DNA of 64,000 bases from Gemmatimonadales bacterium (GTDB taxonomy: Bacteria > Gemmatimonadota > Gemmatimonadetes > Gemmatimonadales > GWC2-71-9). The notes beneath the pieces were generated by a model. It worked only from the letters and a program-made list of their open reading frames with translations, was not told the origin of the DNA and ran no database searches. Positions 17,121 to 26,531 of the stretch are shown here, one piece after another. The DNA lies in NCBI GenBank assembly GCA_035500495.1, contig DATJXC010000008.1, forward strand, positions 19,150 to 83,149, given 5' to 3'. The translations under genes and the position numbers were made by a program. How positions within the stretch are numbered: the first letter of the stretch is position 1; each line of letters begins with the position of its first letter.

Positions 17121-18838
17121 CGAGAGCGGGTCCGCAGCTCGAGCGGGACGTACCCGGGCCCGTAAAGCCCGACGCCCGGTCGGGCATCGGTGAGCTTGCC
17201 GCGGGAGATGACGATCTTCCCGTTCACGAGCACGTACTCGATGCCGACCGACAGCTGATGCGGCTGCTGGAACGTGGCCCGGTCGTTCACCGTCTCCGGG
17301 TCGAAGACGGTGATGTCGGCGGCCATCCCGGCGTGCAGCAGGCCGCGGTTTTTCAGTCCCACCCGCTGCGCCGGGAGTGAGGTCATCTTGCGCACCGCGA
17401 ACTCGAGCGGGATCAGCTTCAGGTCGCGGACGTAGTGCCCCAGGATCCGCGGGAAGGTGCCATAGGCGCGTGGGTGGGTGTAGTCCTTCCCGAGGGGGCC
17501 GTCGGGAGCGGCGCCAGAGGCGTCGCAGTCCACTCCTACCCACGACGTCTTGAGTCCCGCCTGGACGTCGTCCTCGTTCATTTCGAAATAGATGGCCCCG
17601 GTCCGCGAGCGATCGGCGATGACGATGTCGAACAGCGTTTCGACCGGGTCCCGATGCCGGGCCCGCGCGATGTCACCCAGCCGCCGGCCATCGAGGGAGC
17701 GGAGCGAATCCTGGAACACGCCGGCGATCATCACGCCGTCGGCCCCGCCCGAGTTCGACCAGGGGTTCTCCTCGCCGGCGCCGGTCAGGATCTCCTGGCG
17801 CAGCCGGGCTCGCGTCGCGGGATCCTTGAGTCGGGCGATCAGGGAGTCGGTGCCCCCGGCGTGGGCCCATTGAGGGATCGAAGCATCGAGCGACGTGGCG
17901 GCGGCGGTGTAGGGATACTGATCGGCGGTCACGTCGAGACCGGCGGCGCGGGCCGAATCGATGCGCGCCAACACGCGCGGCATGCGGCCCCATTGCGGCT
18001 TCCCCGCCGCCTTCAAGTGCCAGATTTCGACCGGGATGTTCGCCTCCCGCCCGATCCGGAATGCTTCGTCGAGCGCCGCGTCTTCGTGCGCCGCCTCGTT
18101 GCGGATGTGACTGGCATAGATGCCGCCGTGACGCCGCGCCGCCTTCGCGAGGCCGATCAGCTCTTCGGTGGGCGCGTAGATCGCGGGCGCGTACATCAGG
18201 GCGGTGGAGACGCCCAGCGCGCCCTGCAGCATCATCGAATCCACGAGCGCTTCCATATGCGCCTGCTCGGCCGGCGTCGCCTTGCGGTTCTCGAATCCGA
18301 TCACCGCCATGCGCACCTGGGTCGCCCCGACGAAGGTCGCCAGGTTGATCGTCGAGGCCTGGGCGCCACGGCCGAAGTTCGCGAAGTACCCGTCCAGATC
18401 GCGCCAGGACTCGGAGACGTGGTACTTCTTCATGAAGTCCGAATCGAGCGCCACCAGGGCGTCCGTCAGAGGCGCCACCGAGCCGCCTTCACCGGTGACC
18501 TCGGTCGTGATCCCCTGGGTGACCTTGGAGAGCACGCGGCCGTCGATCATCAGCGCGGTTTCCGACTGCCCCAGCATGTCGATGAATCCCGGGGCGACCA
18601 CCAACCCCGTGACATCCAGCGTTTCCGCCGCCGCGATCCCGGGGAGGAACCCGACCCCCGCGATCCGGTCACCTTGAACGGCCACGTCGCCCTGGTACCG
18701 CGGGTTCCCCGTGCCGTCCACGATCCAGCCGTTGCGCAACAGGAGGTCGGCGCGCGGCCGCGAGGCTCCGCCAACCGACCCCCGCCCGCACCCGAGGAGC
18801 AGGAGGCCGAGGCACGCCAGCTGTTTCAACGTTTCCAT
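17117..18838 (-). CDS. N-acyl-D-amino-acid deacylase (D-aminoacylase) family amidohydrolase
   Basis: Starts at ATG 18838 (METLKQLACLGLLLLGCG, a signal/lipobox), then ADLLLRNGWIVDGTGNPRYQGDVAVQGDRIAGVG...APGFIDMLGQSE, typical of D-aminoacylases. The first 203 aa of the listed 776-aa ORF are discarded. Confidence 0.85.
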   Translation of the reverse strand: METLKQLACLGLLLLGCGRGSVGGASRPRADLLLRNGWIVDGTGNPRYQGDVAVQGDRIAGVGFLPGIAAAETLDVTGLVVAPGFIDMLGQSETALMIDGRVLSKVTQGITTEVTGEGGSVAPLTDALVALDSDFMKKYHVSESWRDLDGYFANFGRGAQASTINLATFVGATQVRMAVIGFENRKATPAEQAHMEALVDSMMLQGALGVSTALMYAPAIYAPTEELIGLAKAARRHGGIYASHIRNEAAHEDAALDEAFRIGREANIPVEIWHLKAAGKPQWGRMPRVLARIDSARAAGLDVTADQYPYTAAATSLDASIPQWAHAGGTDSLIARLKDPATRARLRQEILTGAGEENPWSNSGGADGVMIAGVFQDSLRSLDGRRLGDIARARHRDPVETLFDIVIADRSRTGAIYFEMNEDDVQAGLKTSWVGVDCDASGAAPDGPLGKDYTHPRAYGTFPRILGHYVRDLKLIPLEFAVRKMTSLPAQRVGLKNRGLLHAGMAADITVFDPETVNDRATFQQPHQLSVGIEYVLVNGKIVISRGKLTDARPGVGLYGPGYVPLELRTRSR

Positions 18839-20190
18839 GTGGCTCGCAGCGAATCCGGTCGAATGATGCGCCCGCGGGTCATCACCCAGGCGACGTGCCG
18901 GACCGCCGTGATGCTGTCCGCGGGGTTCGCGGCCAGTACGACCAGGTCGGCCACCTTCCCGGGGGCGATGACTCCGATCGAGTCGGTGTGCAGGACCTCG
19001 GCGCCGCGGCGCGTGGCGGCGGTTATGGCATCGACATTGGACCACCCGGCTGCGACGAGCAGCGCCATTTCCTCGTGCAGCGCCGTACCCGGGGGGAGCA
19101 GCGGGTTGCCGGCGCCCGAGCCCGCGGCCACGATCCCGCCGGCCGCCCTGAACTCCCGCACGAACTGGTTCTCGCGCGCGCGCGCGGCCCGGAACGCCGC
19201 GAAGTCCTGGGGCTTCCACCCGCTGCGCCGCAGCAGCGTGGACACGTCGCGGACCGGATTGGCGCTGTCGGCGGGAACGTCCGCCATCTCGGGGCGTTGC
19301 AGGCGGGTCGGGTCGTCCAGGTGCGACCACAGCTCGTGCACGGCGAGGGTAGGGACCATGGCGACGCGCGTGGCGGCGAGGGCCTTGGCCGCGCGGGCGA
19401 CACTCGCGGAATCGAGCGTGGCCCAGGCCTGCTCCTCCGCCGTCCATCCCGCGTAGAAGAGATCGTGCGCCCGTTCGATCGCCTGCGCGTTGCGGGCCGC
19501 GAACTGCGTGATTCCCGAGAGCCCTTCGATCGTCGCCACGCCGGCGCGCGCGGCGGCCAGCGCGTCGATCTTGCCGAGCTCGGCGGCGACCGGGAGGTGC
19601 AGCGTCGCCGCTTCATCCATGATCCCCTTCAACAGCTCCGGGGTGATCTTGGTCGCGATCACCACGTAGTCGGCGTCGGCCACGGCGCGCTGATCGACCG
19701 CCCGGCGCGCTTCCTCGTCCGTAGCGACCGCGGTCGCGCCGCTCTGGGTCGCCGGGACCCCGTCGATCAACGCCCCCGAGGTGTACACGCGCGGCCCGAG
19801 GATCGAGCCGAGATTCACATCCTTCTTCAGCGTGGTCCCGGTGTCGCCCCCCGACCCGAAATCGCGCACGCTGGTGACGCCCCAGGCCAGATACTGCGGC
19901 GCGGCCCACGGCTCGACCCGCGCGTGCGCGTCGACCAGGCCGGGAATGATCGTCTTCCCGATCAGCTGGATCCGCTGGGCGCCGCGAGGGACCGGGATCT
20001 CGTTGACCCGGGCGACGTCCTCGATGTGGCCGTCTCGGATGAGAATCAGCGCGTCGCGCTTGGGGGGACCGCCCGCGCCGTCGATCAGCGTGGCGCCCTC
20101 GAGGGCGATCATCCCTTTGCCCGGCGACGTGCACGCGGGCAGGACCAACAGGCAGCCGCCGAGGAGCCACGCGCGCCAGCGGGCCGTCAC
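18826..20190 (-). CDS. Amidohydrolase family protein (secreted or lipoprotein)
   Basis: Signal/lipobox LLVLPAC, then GATLIDGAG...IIPGLVDAHA (metal-binding HxH-like region) and a C-terminal GKVADLVVL amidohydrolase motif. Confidence 0.8.
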   Translation of the reverse strand: MTARWRAWLLGGCLLVLPACTSPGKGMIALEGATLIDGAGGPPKRDALILIRDGHIEDVARVNEIPVPRGAQRIQLIGKTIIPGLVDAHARVEPWAAPQYLAWGVTSVRDFGSGGDTGTTLKKDVNLGSILGPRVYTSGALIDGVPATQSGATAVATDEEARRAVDQRAVADADYVVIATKITPELLKGIMDEAATLHLPVAAELGKIDALAAARAGVATIEGLSGITQFAARNAQAIERAHDLFYAGWTAEEQAWATLDSASVARAAKALAATRVAMVPTLAVHELWSHLDDPTRLQRPEMADVPADSANPVRDVSTLLRRSGWKPQDFAAFRAARARENQFVREFRAAGGIVAAGSGAGNPLLPPGTALHEEMALLVAAGWSNVDAITAATRRGAEVLHTDSIGVIAPGKVADLVVLAANPADSITAVRHVAWVMTRGRIIRPDSLRATWKR

Positions 20191-20323
20191 GGCTTCGCGT
20201 CCGCCGTGGGATCGCCCAGCGGGACTTTAGGCGCCGCACAGCCGGCGAGCACCGCGGCCGCAAACCACGCACCACGCACGTCGTACCTCTTCGTTCCAGG
20301 GTTGGGGGAACGTACTTTCCCGC

Positions 20324-21163
20324 ATGGCCGACGCAACCCCGCGACCGGGCGAGCGAGCCGGAGGGCGACCACCGTCCGGCGGCTCGGAGCTGCCGCTGTT
20401 GGGACCGAAAGTGCCGCGGCCGGACGGCGGCTTCCTGTGGGAAGGAATCGTCAACGGCCCCGTGCGGTCGCGCCGGCTGGGCACGAGCCTGGGTTTGAAC
20501 CTGATTCCGCTGCGCTCCAAGCTCTGCACCTTCGATTGCCCTTACTGTGAGTGCGGGTTCAACACCGCCAAGGCGCCCGACGCGCGCTGGCCGTCACCGG
20601 ACGAAGTCGGCCACAGCCTGCGGCGCGCCCTCGAGCGCCTTCCCCGGGCACCGGATTGGATCACGCTGGCCGGCAATGGGGAGCCGACCATGCACCCGCG
20701 CTTTCCTTCGGTGGTGGACCGGGTGCTCGCGGTGCGAACGGAGCTCGCCCCGACCACGCGCGTCGCGGTGCTCTCCAATGGACTCGCGGCGGGGAAGGCC
20801 GCGGTCCGCGACGCCTTGTTGGCGCTGGACGCCAGGATGATGAAGCTCGATCCGGGTCCCGCCGAGCGCGTGAACGGGCTCAAATTCGACCAGGCGGCCC
20901 TCGTCTCGAGCTACCGCGCCTTGAAGCCCTACACCCTCCAGGCGATGGTCTGTCGCGGAACGGACTGGGATGGGTCGAGCGAGGGATCACTGGCTGCGTG
21001 GCGCGATCTCGTTGCCCAGGCCGACCCGGATTGCGTGCAGCTGTACTCCCTCGATCGCGCGCCTGCCGATCCGACCATCCACAACGTGCCGCGGGAGCGC
21101 TTGCTCGAGATGGCGGCGGCCATCCGGCAAGCGCTCCCGCGGTGCGTCGTCGAAGTGTACTAG
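20324..21163 (+). CDS. Radical SAM domain protein
   Basis: CxxxCxxC cluster motif (LCTFDCPYCECG) near the N-terminus, followed by GNGEPT. The start codon is uncertain; the listed N-terminus is Pro/Gly-rich. Confidence 0.75.
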   Translation: MADATPRPGERAGGRPPSGGSELPLLGPKVPRPDGGFLWEGIVNGPVRSRRLGTSLGLNLIPLRSKLCTFDCPYCECGFNTAKAPDARWPSPDEVGHSLRRALERLPRAPDWITLAGNGEPTMHPRFPSVVDRVLAVRTELAPTTRVAVLSNGLAAGKAAVRDALLALDARMMKLDPGPAERVNGLKFDQAALVSSYRALKPYTLQAMVCRGTDWDGSSEGSLAAWRDLVAQADPDCVQLYSLDRAPADPTIHNVPRERLLEMAAAIRQALPRCVVEVY

Positions 21164-21164
21164 A

Positions 21165-21461
21165 CTAGCGGCGGCGCTTCGATCGCTTCGCGACCCGCTT
21201 CCGGGACTTGGCCCGCGTCGCTTTCTTCTTCCTTCTGACTTTCGGCTTCGCCCTCCGGGCCTTCTTCTTGGCCTTGGGCTTCGCCGTCTTTCTCCGCCGG
21301 CGCGCGGGCGCGCGGCGCACCGCGACCTCTTCCTCGATCACCACTTCGTCGATCAATAGCGGGGCGGGTTCCGGCATCGCCTCAGGGGCCGGGGGAAACA
21401 CCGGCTCCAGGAATCCCGGTCCACCCAAACCAGTGCCCATCGTCGTCTCCAGTTCGCGCAT
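21165..21461 (-). CDS. Small protein with an extremely Lys/Arg-rich (histone H1-like) C-terminal half
   Basis: 98-aa ORF with an acidic/Pro-rich N-terminal half, then RRAPARRRRKTAKPKAKKKARRAKPKVRRKKKATRAKSRKRVAKRSKRRR. It has a strong RBS (GGAGGA 7 nt upstream of the ATG) and G/C-ending codons. Confidence 0.65.
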   Translation of the reverse strand: MRELETTMGTGLGGPGFLEPVFPPAPEAMPEPAPLLIDEVVIEEEVAVRRAPARRRRKTAKPKAKKKARRAKPKVRRKKKATRAKSRKRVAKRSKRRR

Positions 21462-21539
21462 ATATGTCCTCCACTGGCTGGTTGAGTCTCAAGAGGGCCT
21501 ATAGCTTACCGCGGTAACTCTCCGGCGCAAGCTATCCCA

Positions 21540-24140
21540 ATGCGGTCATTCCTCACGGTTTTGTGGCTCACCCCCGCGCTGCTGACCGCGCAGACCGCAC
21601 GGTCGCCCATCTCATTGGCGTGGCGGCGCTTCGACGTCGACCTCAACGGTCCGGCGCGGCCCTACGGGTACGCCAGCGCCGTCGGCCGGCGCGCCGTTCT
21701 GCTCGGCACGGAAACCGGGACATTCGAGGCGTGGACCTGGCCGCTCAAGCTGCTGCACGACTTTCAACTCGCTTTCAAAACTCCGCTGTATGACACGCCG
21801 ATTGCCGGCCCTGACATCGCCCGCGCGGTGGAGGTATCCCCGGCCGGCGTCACGATTCACTACGTGCATCCGGCGTTCACGGTCACGGAGCGGATTTTCG
21901 CTCCGCTCGACCTGCCGGGGATCGTCGTCGTCCTGGATGTGGATGCGGTCCGCCCCATCGAGATCATCGCCCAGTTCCGGCCGGATCTTCAGTATGCCTG
22001 GCCGGCGGCCCAGGGCGGCCAATACGTGGCCTGGGATGACGGGGAGAAGGCGTTCGTGCTGTCGGAGAGCCGGCGTCAGGTGAACGGCTTCTTCGGGTCG
22101 CCCAGTGCCACCTGGGCCACGAACAACCCCTCTCACATGCTCGCCGATGCCCCAAGCGAGCTGCACATCGCCGTCGGCGAGCAGGGCGCCGCCGTCATGC
22201 CCAAACCCGGAGAGCCCGCCGGGCGCCTGACAGAGGTGCATGACCGGATCCCAATCGTAATGGTCGGGGGCGTGATGCCCCGCGATTCCTTGCGTGCGGT
22301 CTATCGATACGTTCTTGCCAACGTCGACCCGTTGTACCAGGCGCGGGCGGCACACGCCCAGGCCGTCCTCGACTCGACCGTCGCCGTGCGGTCTCCCGAC
22401 CGATCGCTCGACCTGGCGGTGCGATGGGCGAGCCTGAACCTGGACGGCGCGATGGCGTGCAACCCCGACCTGGGCTGCGGCCTCGTGGCCGGCTACGGCC
22501 CTTCGGGAGCCACCAGCACACGGCCCGGCTTCGGGTGGTACTTCGGAGGCGACGCTTCGATCAATTCGCTCGCGATGAGCTCGGTGGGACTGTGGGCGGT
22601 GGCGCGTGACGGCCTCGCCTTTTTCGCCCAGTACCAGGGCCAACAGGCGCCGAACCTGGGCAAGATTCCCCACGAAATCTCCCAAGGGGCGAAGCGGATC
22701 CGCTGGTTCGAGGACTACCCCTACGCGTTCTATCACGGCGACACCACGCCGTTCTGGATCCTCGCCCTCTCCCAGTACTGGCAGGCCTCCGGGGATACCG
22801 CCACGATCCGCCGGCTGTGGCCCAATATCCGCCTCGCCTACGACTGGGCCAAATCAACCGACGCGGATGGCGACGGGTTGATGGACAACGCCAGGGCCGG
22901 CGCCGGCGCGATCGAGGTGGGCGACCTGCAGATCGGCCTGCAATCGGACATCTACATGTCCGCCGTGTGGGTGAAGGCGCTCGAGGTGCTGCCGCGGATG
23001 GCGGACGCGATGCATGACGGCCGCGTGGCGACTGAGGCCCGGAAACTGCACGACCGAGCACTCGCCACTCTGCAGGACAGGCTCTGGTTGCCCGACGCGC
23101 GGCGCTATGCCTTCGCCCTGCTCGAGGGCGGCAAGCTGTCTCACGAGCTCACCGTGTGGCCGGCCACGGCGCTCGCGCTCGGGCTGTTCGACGAGACGCG
23201 AGGACAATCCACGGCGGCCTCACTCGCCGGCGCGGGGATCACCACCGACTGGGGCGCAAGGACCCTCGCTCCTGCTTCCCCGTTGTTCGATCCCCTGCAC
23301 TACAACAACGGGACGGTGTGGCCGTTCGTCACCGGATTCGACGCTCTCGGGCTGTACCGCTACCACAATGCCACCATGGGCTTCGCCGCGACCACCGCCG
23401 TCGCGCGGACGGCGTTCATCTGGGGCCTGGGCGCGAATCCCGAAGTGTTCTCCGGCAGCGATTTCGAGCCGCTCGAAACGGCCGTGCCGCAGCAGTTCTT
23501 TTCGACCTCCATGCTGCTTACGCCGTTGGTCCGCGGGCTGGTCGGCTGGGAAGCCGATGTTCCGGACGATCGCGCTGCGCTCGCTCCGCACCTCCCGGCG
23601 ACCTGGGATTCACTCACCGTGGAGCGGCTCCCGGCAGGGACCGGCCGCTATCGCGTCACCTTCCGCCAGACGCCGGAATCGCTGCTGGCCAACATCACCC
23701 GGACGACGGGTCGGGGTGTCGACACGCTCCTCTTTTCACCGGCATTGCCGCTCGGCGCGAGGATTCTGGGCGTCACCGTGAATGGGGCCCCGGTGACCGC
23801 GTTCGCTTCCCGTGAGACCGGCGCCGACGTCCACCTCGATCTTCGCCTCGCCATCCGGGACACGCTCGCCATCCTGGTACGTCACTCACCCGGGTTCGCC
23901 GTCCTGCTGGATCCGCCGACGCCGGAGCGCGGCGCGCGCTCCAGCGCGCTCAAGCTCATCTCCCAGCGGCTCGCGGGCGACACGCTGGTTCTGTTGGTGC
24001 AGGGGGTGGCCGGACGGAGCTACCGGTGGGCGGTCCAGACGCCCACGGGAATCGCGAACGTGGAGGCCACGATGCCGGAGCCCGGCGATCCCGTCGATGG
24101 GTATGCGTCGCGCGAGGTTCGGGTCACCGGTCCGCGTTGA
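21540..24140 (+). CDS. Secreted (alpha/alpha)6-barrel glycoside hydrolase-like protein (GDE_C / GH15-like)
   Basis: Signal peptide, then segments typical of six-hairpin glycosidases (GFGWYFGGDASINSLAM, DTTPFWILALSQYW, NGTVWPFVTGF). The family assignment is approximate. Confidence 0.6.
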   Translation: MRSFLTVLWLTPALLTAQTARSPISLAWRRFDVDLNGPARPYGYASAVGRRAVLLGTETGTFEAWTWPLKLLHDFQLAFKTPLYDTPIAGPDIARAVEVSPAGVTIHYVHPAFTVTERIFAPLDLPGIVVVLDVDAVRPIEIIAQFRPDLQYAWPAAQGGQYVAWDDGEKAFVLSESRRQVNGFFGSPSATWATNNPSHMLADAPSELHIAVGEQGAAVMPKPGEPAGRLTEVHDRIPIVMVGGVMPRDSLRAVYRYVLANVDPLYQARAAHAQAVLDSTVAVRSPDRSLDLAVRWASLNLDGAMACNPDLGCGLVAGYGPSGATSTRPGFGWYFGGDASINSLAMSSVGLWAVARDGLAFFAQYQGQQAPNLGKIPHEISQGAKRIRWFEDYPYAFYHGDTTPFWILALSQYWQASGDTATIRRLWPNIRLAYDWAKSTDADGDGLMDNARAGAGAIEVGDLQIGLQSDIYMSAVWVKALEVLPRMADAMHDGRVATEARKLHDRALATLQDRLWLPDARRYAFALLEGGKLSHELTVWPATALALGLFDETRGQSTAASLAGAGITTDWGARTLAPASPLFDPLHYNNGTVWPFVTGFDALGLYRYHNATMGFAATTAVARTAFIWGLGANPEVFSGSDFEPLETAVPQQFFSTSMLLTPLVRGLVGWEADVPDDRAALAPHLPATWDSLTVERLPAGTGRYRVTFRQTPESLLANITRTTGRGVDTLLFSPALPLGARILGVTVNGAPVTAFASRETGADVHLDLRLAIRDTLAILVRHSPGFAVLLDPPTPERGARSSALKLISQRLAGDTLVLLVQGVAGRSYRWAVQTPTGIANVEATMPEPGDPVDGYASREVRVTGPR

Positions 24141-24188
24141 CAAGTTAGCTTGACAACAGCACTTACGAGCGTTTACGTTCGCCCTGCG

Positions 24189-26489
24189 ATGAGCTTCCGT
24201 CGAGCGCCTATCATCTATCTGGCTCTGGTCGGCGCCATGATTCCGGACCTGGGCGCGGCCCAGAACGTGGCCGATCTCCAGGTGGCGCCGCCCTCGGTGA
24301 CGATCAAGGTGGGCGAACGCACCGGCCTTCTGGCCACCGCTTTTGATCGAGCGGGCAACGTGATTCCGACCGCCCGGATCACCTGGTCTTCCAACAACGT
24401 CAAAGTCGCTCGCGTGGACAACAACGGCACGGTGGTCGGCGTGTCCGGGGGGACCGCGTTGATCCAGGCGACCGCGGGTCAACGGAAGGGCTCGGTCGTC
24501 GTTCAGGTGACGGGGACGGCGGCTCCCGCCGAACCGGCGGCCAGCCCTGGTCAGCCGGCTCCCGTCGTCGCTGCGCCGGCCGCCGCCGCGGGCAACGACG
24601 CCTACGCCGGTCAACCCGCGGGTGTCGGCGCCCCGGCCGCGCTGCGCATCGACCCGCCCACGATCTACCTGCTGCCCTCTGAGAACATGCGTGTCTTCCC
24701 GCGCGCGCTGCGGGAGGACGGCTCGCCCGCCGCGCCGGTGCAGGTAACCTGGAAGTCGCTCAAGGAAGATGTCGCGAGCGTCGATGCGAACGGCAACGTG
24801 GTCGGGCTCGCCGCGGGTCAGGGAACGGTGCTGATGACCGGGCCGGGGGGGCTGACGGCGACCGCGCCGGTGATCGTCGATCAAGCGGAATTCAGCATCC
24901 TGGAGGGAACCTCGGTCACGCTATCCCCCGGCGACCTGGATACCATGCATGTGATCGTCCGGTCGCAGGGCAACCGGCTGGTCAGTGCCCTCGCTTCGCT
25001 CCAATGGACTTCGAGCGATCAGAGCGTGGCGCAGGTGAGCCTCACGGGTGTGGTGAAGGCCGTCGGCTCAGGGAAGGCGACCCTCACCGCAGCCGGCCTG
25101 CGCCAGCAGAAATCCATCGACATCCTGGTGCACCGCGCGGTGGAAGCCTTGGCGGTGCGGCCCAAAGCCTCCGCCGATGTCCCAGTGCCCCTCACCGCCG
25201 TCGTGCGGTTCTTCGCGCAACCGCTTGCGGCCGACAACAATCCGGTCCCCGAGGCCAAGATTCGGTGGGTCCTCGCGGATACCACGATTGCGTCCTTCGA
25301 CACGACGACCGGCGCGTTGACGGGGCGGAAGATCGGGCGGACGCAGCTCACCGCGCGGGGCCCCGGAGCCCAGCCCGCGACGGCCACCTGGAACGTCAAT
25401 GTGATCGCGGGCGCCGTGAAGCTTGCCGCCGTGAGGCTGGGGTTGGTTCAAGGGGGCCGCACCACCCTGAAGGCGAGCTTCGCCGACGATTCCGGTACGA
25501 TACTCGGCCCCGCCACCGGGCTCTCATGGTCGTCGGATGCGCCGGCGGTCGCGACGGTCGGAGAGGACGGAACGGTTTCCGGAGTGGCCTACGGTCGTGC
25601 CCGCATCACCGCGACCGCCCCTGGAGGGAAAACCGCCAGCGCCGTCGTCTTCGTTGGCGCCGAGCTGGTGGTGGCGAGCACGCGCGGCGGGAAGCCGCAG
25701 CTCTATTGGGTGGACCGGCAGAACCTGGCCGACCTGCACCGGGTCACCGCGCCCCAGGACACCGCCGTGGCCGGCGATCCCGCCTTCTCCCCCGACGGCT
25801 CGCGCATCGCCTTCGTCTCGACGCGGGACGGCAACCCCGACATCTACGTGATGGACGCGGACGGGTCGAGCCCGCTCCGCCTCACCACCGATCCCCAGGC
25901 CGACGGACATCCGGTGTTTTCAGCCGATGGTAACACGGTTTTCTTCCACTCCCAGCGCACCGGGAAGTCGCAGATCTACTCCGTCGGGATCGATGGGAGC
26001 GGGCTCAAGGTCCTCACAACCGATTCGGTGAGCCAGACGCCGGCGGTGTCGCCGGACGGGCGGACCGTCGCCTACGTGTCGTTCCGGAACAAGAGCTACG
26101 ACGTCTGGCTGATGTCGCCCGACGGATCCAACCAGCGGGCGTTCACGCGGACGGCGGCGCCGATGCAGGAAGTGGAGCCGCGATTCCTGCGGGACGGCTC
26201 CTTGCTCTACGTGCAGGAACGCCGGGAGGCCAACAAGACCGTTCGGCAGGTGATCAAGGCCGACCTGGCGACCGGCACGACGACACCGGTCACGGGCACC
26301 GAGCAGTGGATCAGCTCCTTTGCCGCCTCTCCGGCGGGCGACGTCCTGGCGCTCGTGGTCCCCGGGGACCCCGACAACAAGAAGAACCCCATGGCGCGGA
26401 TCTTCCTCCAGCCCGTAAGCGGCGGCACTCCGGTGCAGATCCCGACCACCGGGGCGGAGCAGACCCTCGCGCCCGCCTTCCTGCCCTAG
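24189..26489 (+). CDS. Secreted protein with multiple Big_2 (bacterial Ig-like) domains and a C-terminal TolB-like PD40 beta-propeller
   Basis: Repeated VARVDNNGTV.G...G.A.I.AT-type Big_2 modules, then PD40 repeats (PAFSPDGSRIAFVSTRDGNPDIYVMDADGS, PVFSADGNTVFFHSQRTG). Start moved to ATG 24189; the track starts at TTG 24150. Confidence 0.8.
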   Translation: MSFRRAPIIYLALVGAMIPDLGAAQNVADLQVAPPSVTIKVGERTGLLATAFDRAGNVIPTARITWSSNNVKVARVDNNGTVVGVSGGTALIQATAGQRKGSVVVQVTGTAAPAEPAASPGQPAPVVAAPAAAAGNDAYAGQPAGVGAPAALRIDPPTIYLLPSENMRVFPRALREDGSPAAPVQVTWKSLKEDVASVDANGNVVGLAAGQGTVLMTGPGGLTATAPVIVDQAEFSILEGTSVTLSPGDLDTMHVIVRSQGNRLVSALASLQWTSSDQSVAQVSLTGVVKAVGSGKATLTAAGLRQQKSIDILVHRAVEALAVRPKASADVPVPLTAVVRFFAQPLAADNNPVPEAKIRWVLADTTIASFDTTTGALTGRKIGRTQLTARGPGAQPATATWNVNVIAGAVKLAAVRLGLVQGGRTTLKASFADDSGTILGPATGLSWSSDAPAVATVGEDGTVSGVAYGRARITATAPGGKTASAVVFVGAELVVASTRGGKPQLYWVDRQNLADLHRVTAPQDTAVAGDPAFSPDGSRIAFVSTRDGNPDIYVMDADGSSPLRLTTDPQADGHPVFSADGNTVFFHSQRTGKSQIYSVGIDGSGLKVLTTDSVSQTPAVSPDGRTVAYVSFRNKSYDVWLMSPDGSNQRAFTRTAAPMQEVEPRFLRDGSLLYVQERREANKTVRQVIKADLATGTTTPVTGTEQWISSFAASPAGDVLALVVPGDPDNKKNPMARIFLQPVSGGTPVQIPTTGAEQTLAPAFLP

Positions 26490-26531
26490 CCCGCACCCCC
26501 GTCGTCACCTGGTTGTCACGGGGTGAGCTCC

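Noticed and set aside
18839-19447. N-terminal 203 aa of the listed 776-aa ORF 17117..19447
   Set aside because: This Arg-rich extension overlaps the upstream amidohydrolase gene in another frame. A proper signal peptide begins at ATG 18838.
17435-20550. Plus-strand ORFs 17435..19456 (673 aa) and 18895..20550 (551 aa)
   Set aside because: They are antisense to the two amidohydrolase genes.
24137-24186. Two TTGACA hexamers (24137, 24150) upstream of the Big_2/TolB-like gene as promoters
   Set aside because: The best -10 candidates (TACGTT, TTACGT) are weak. The first TTGACA overlaps the upstream stop codon. This is left as unconfirmed.
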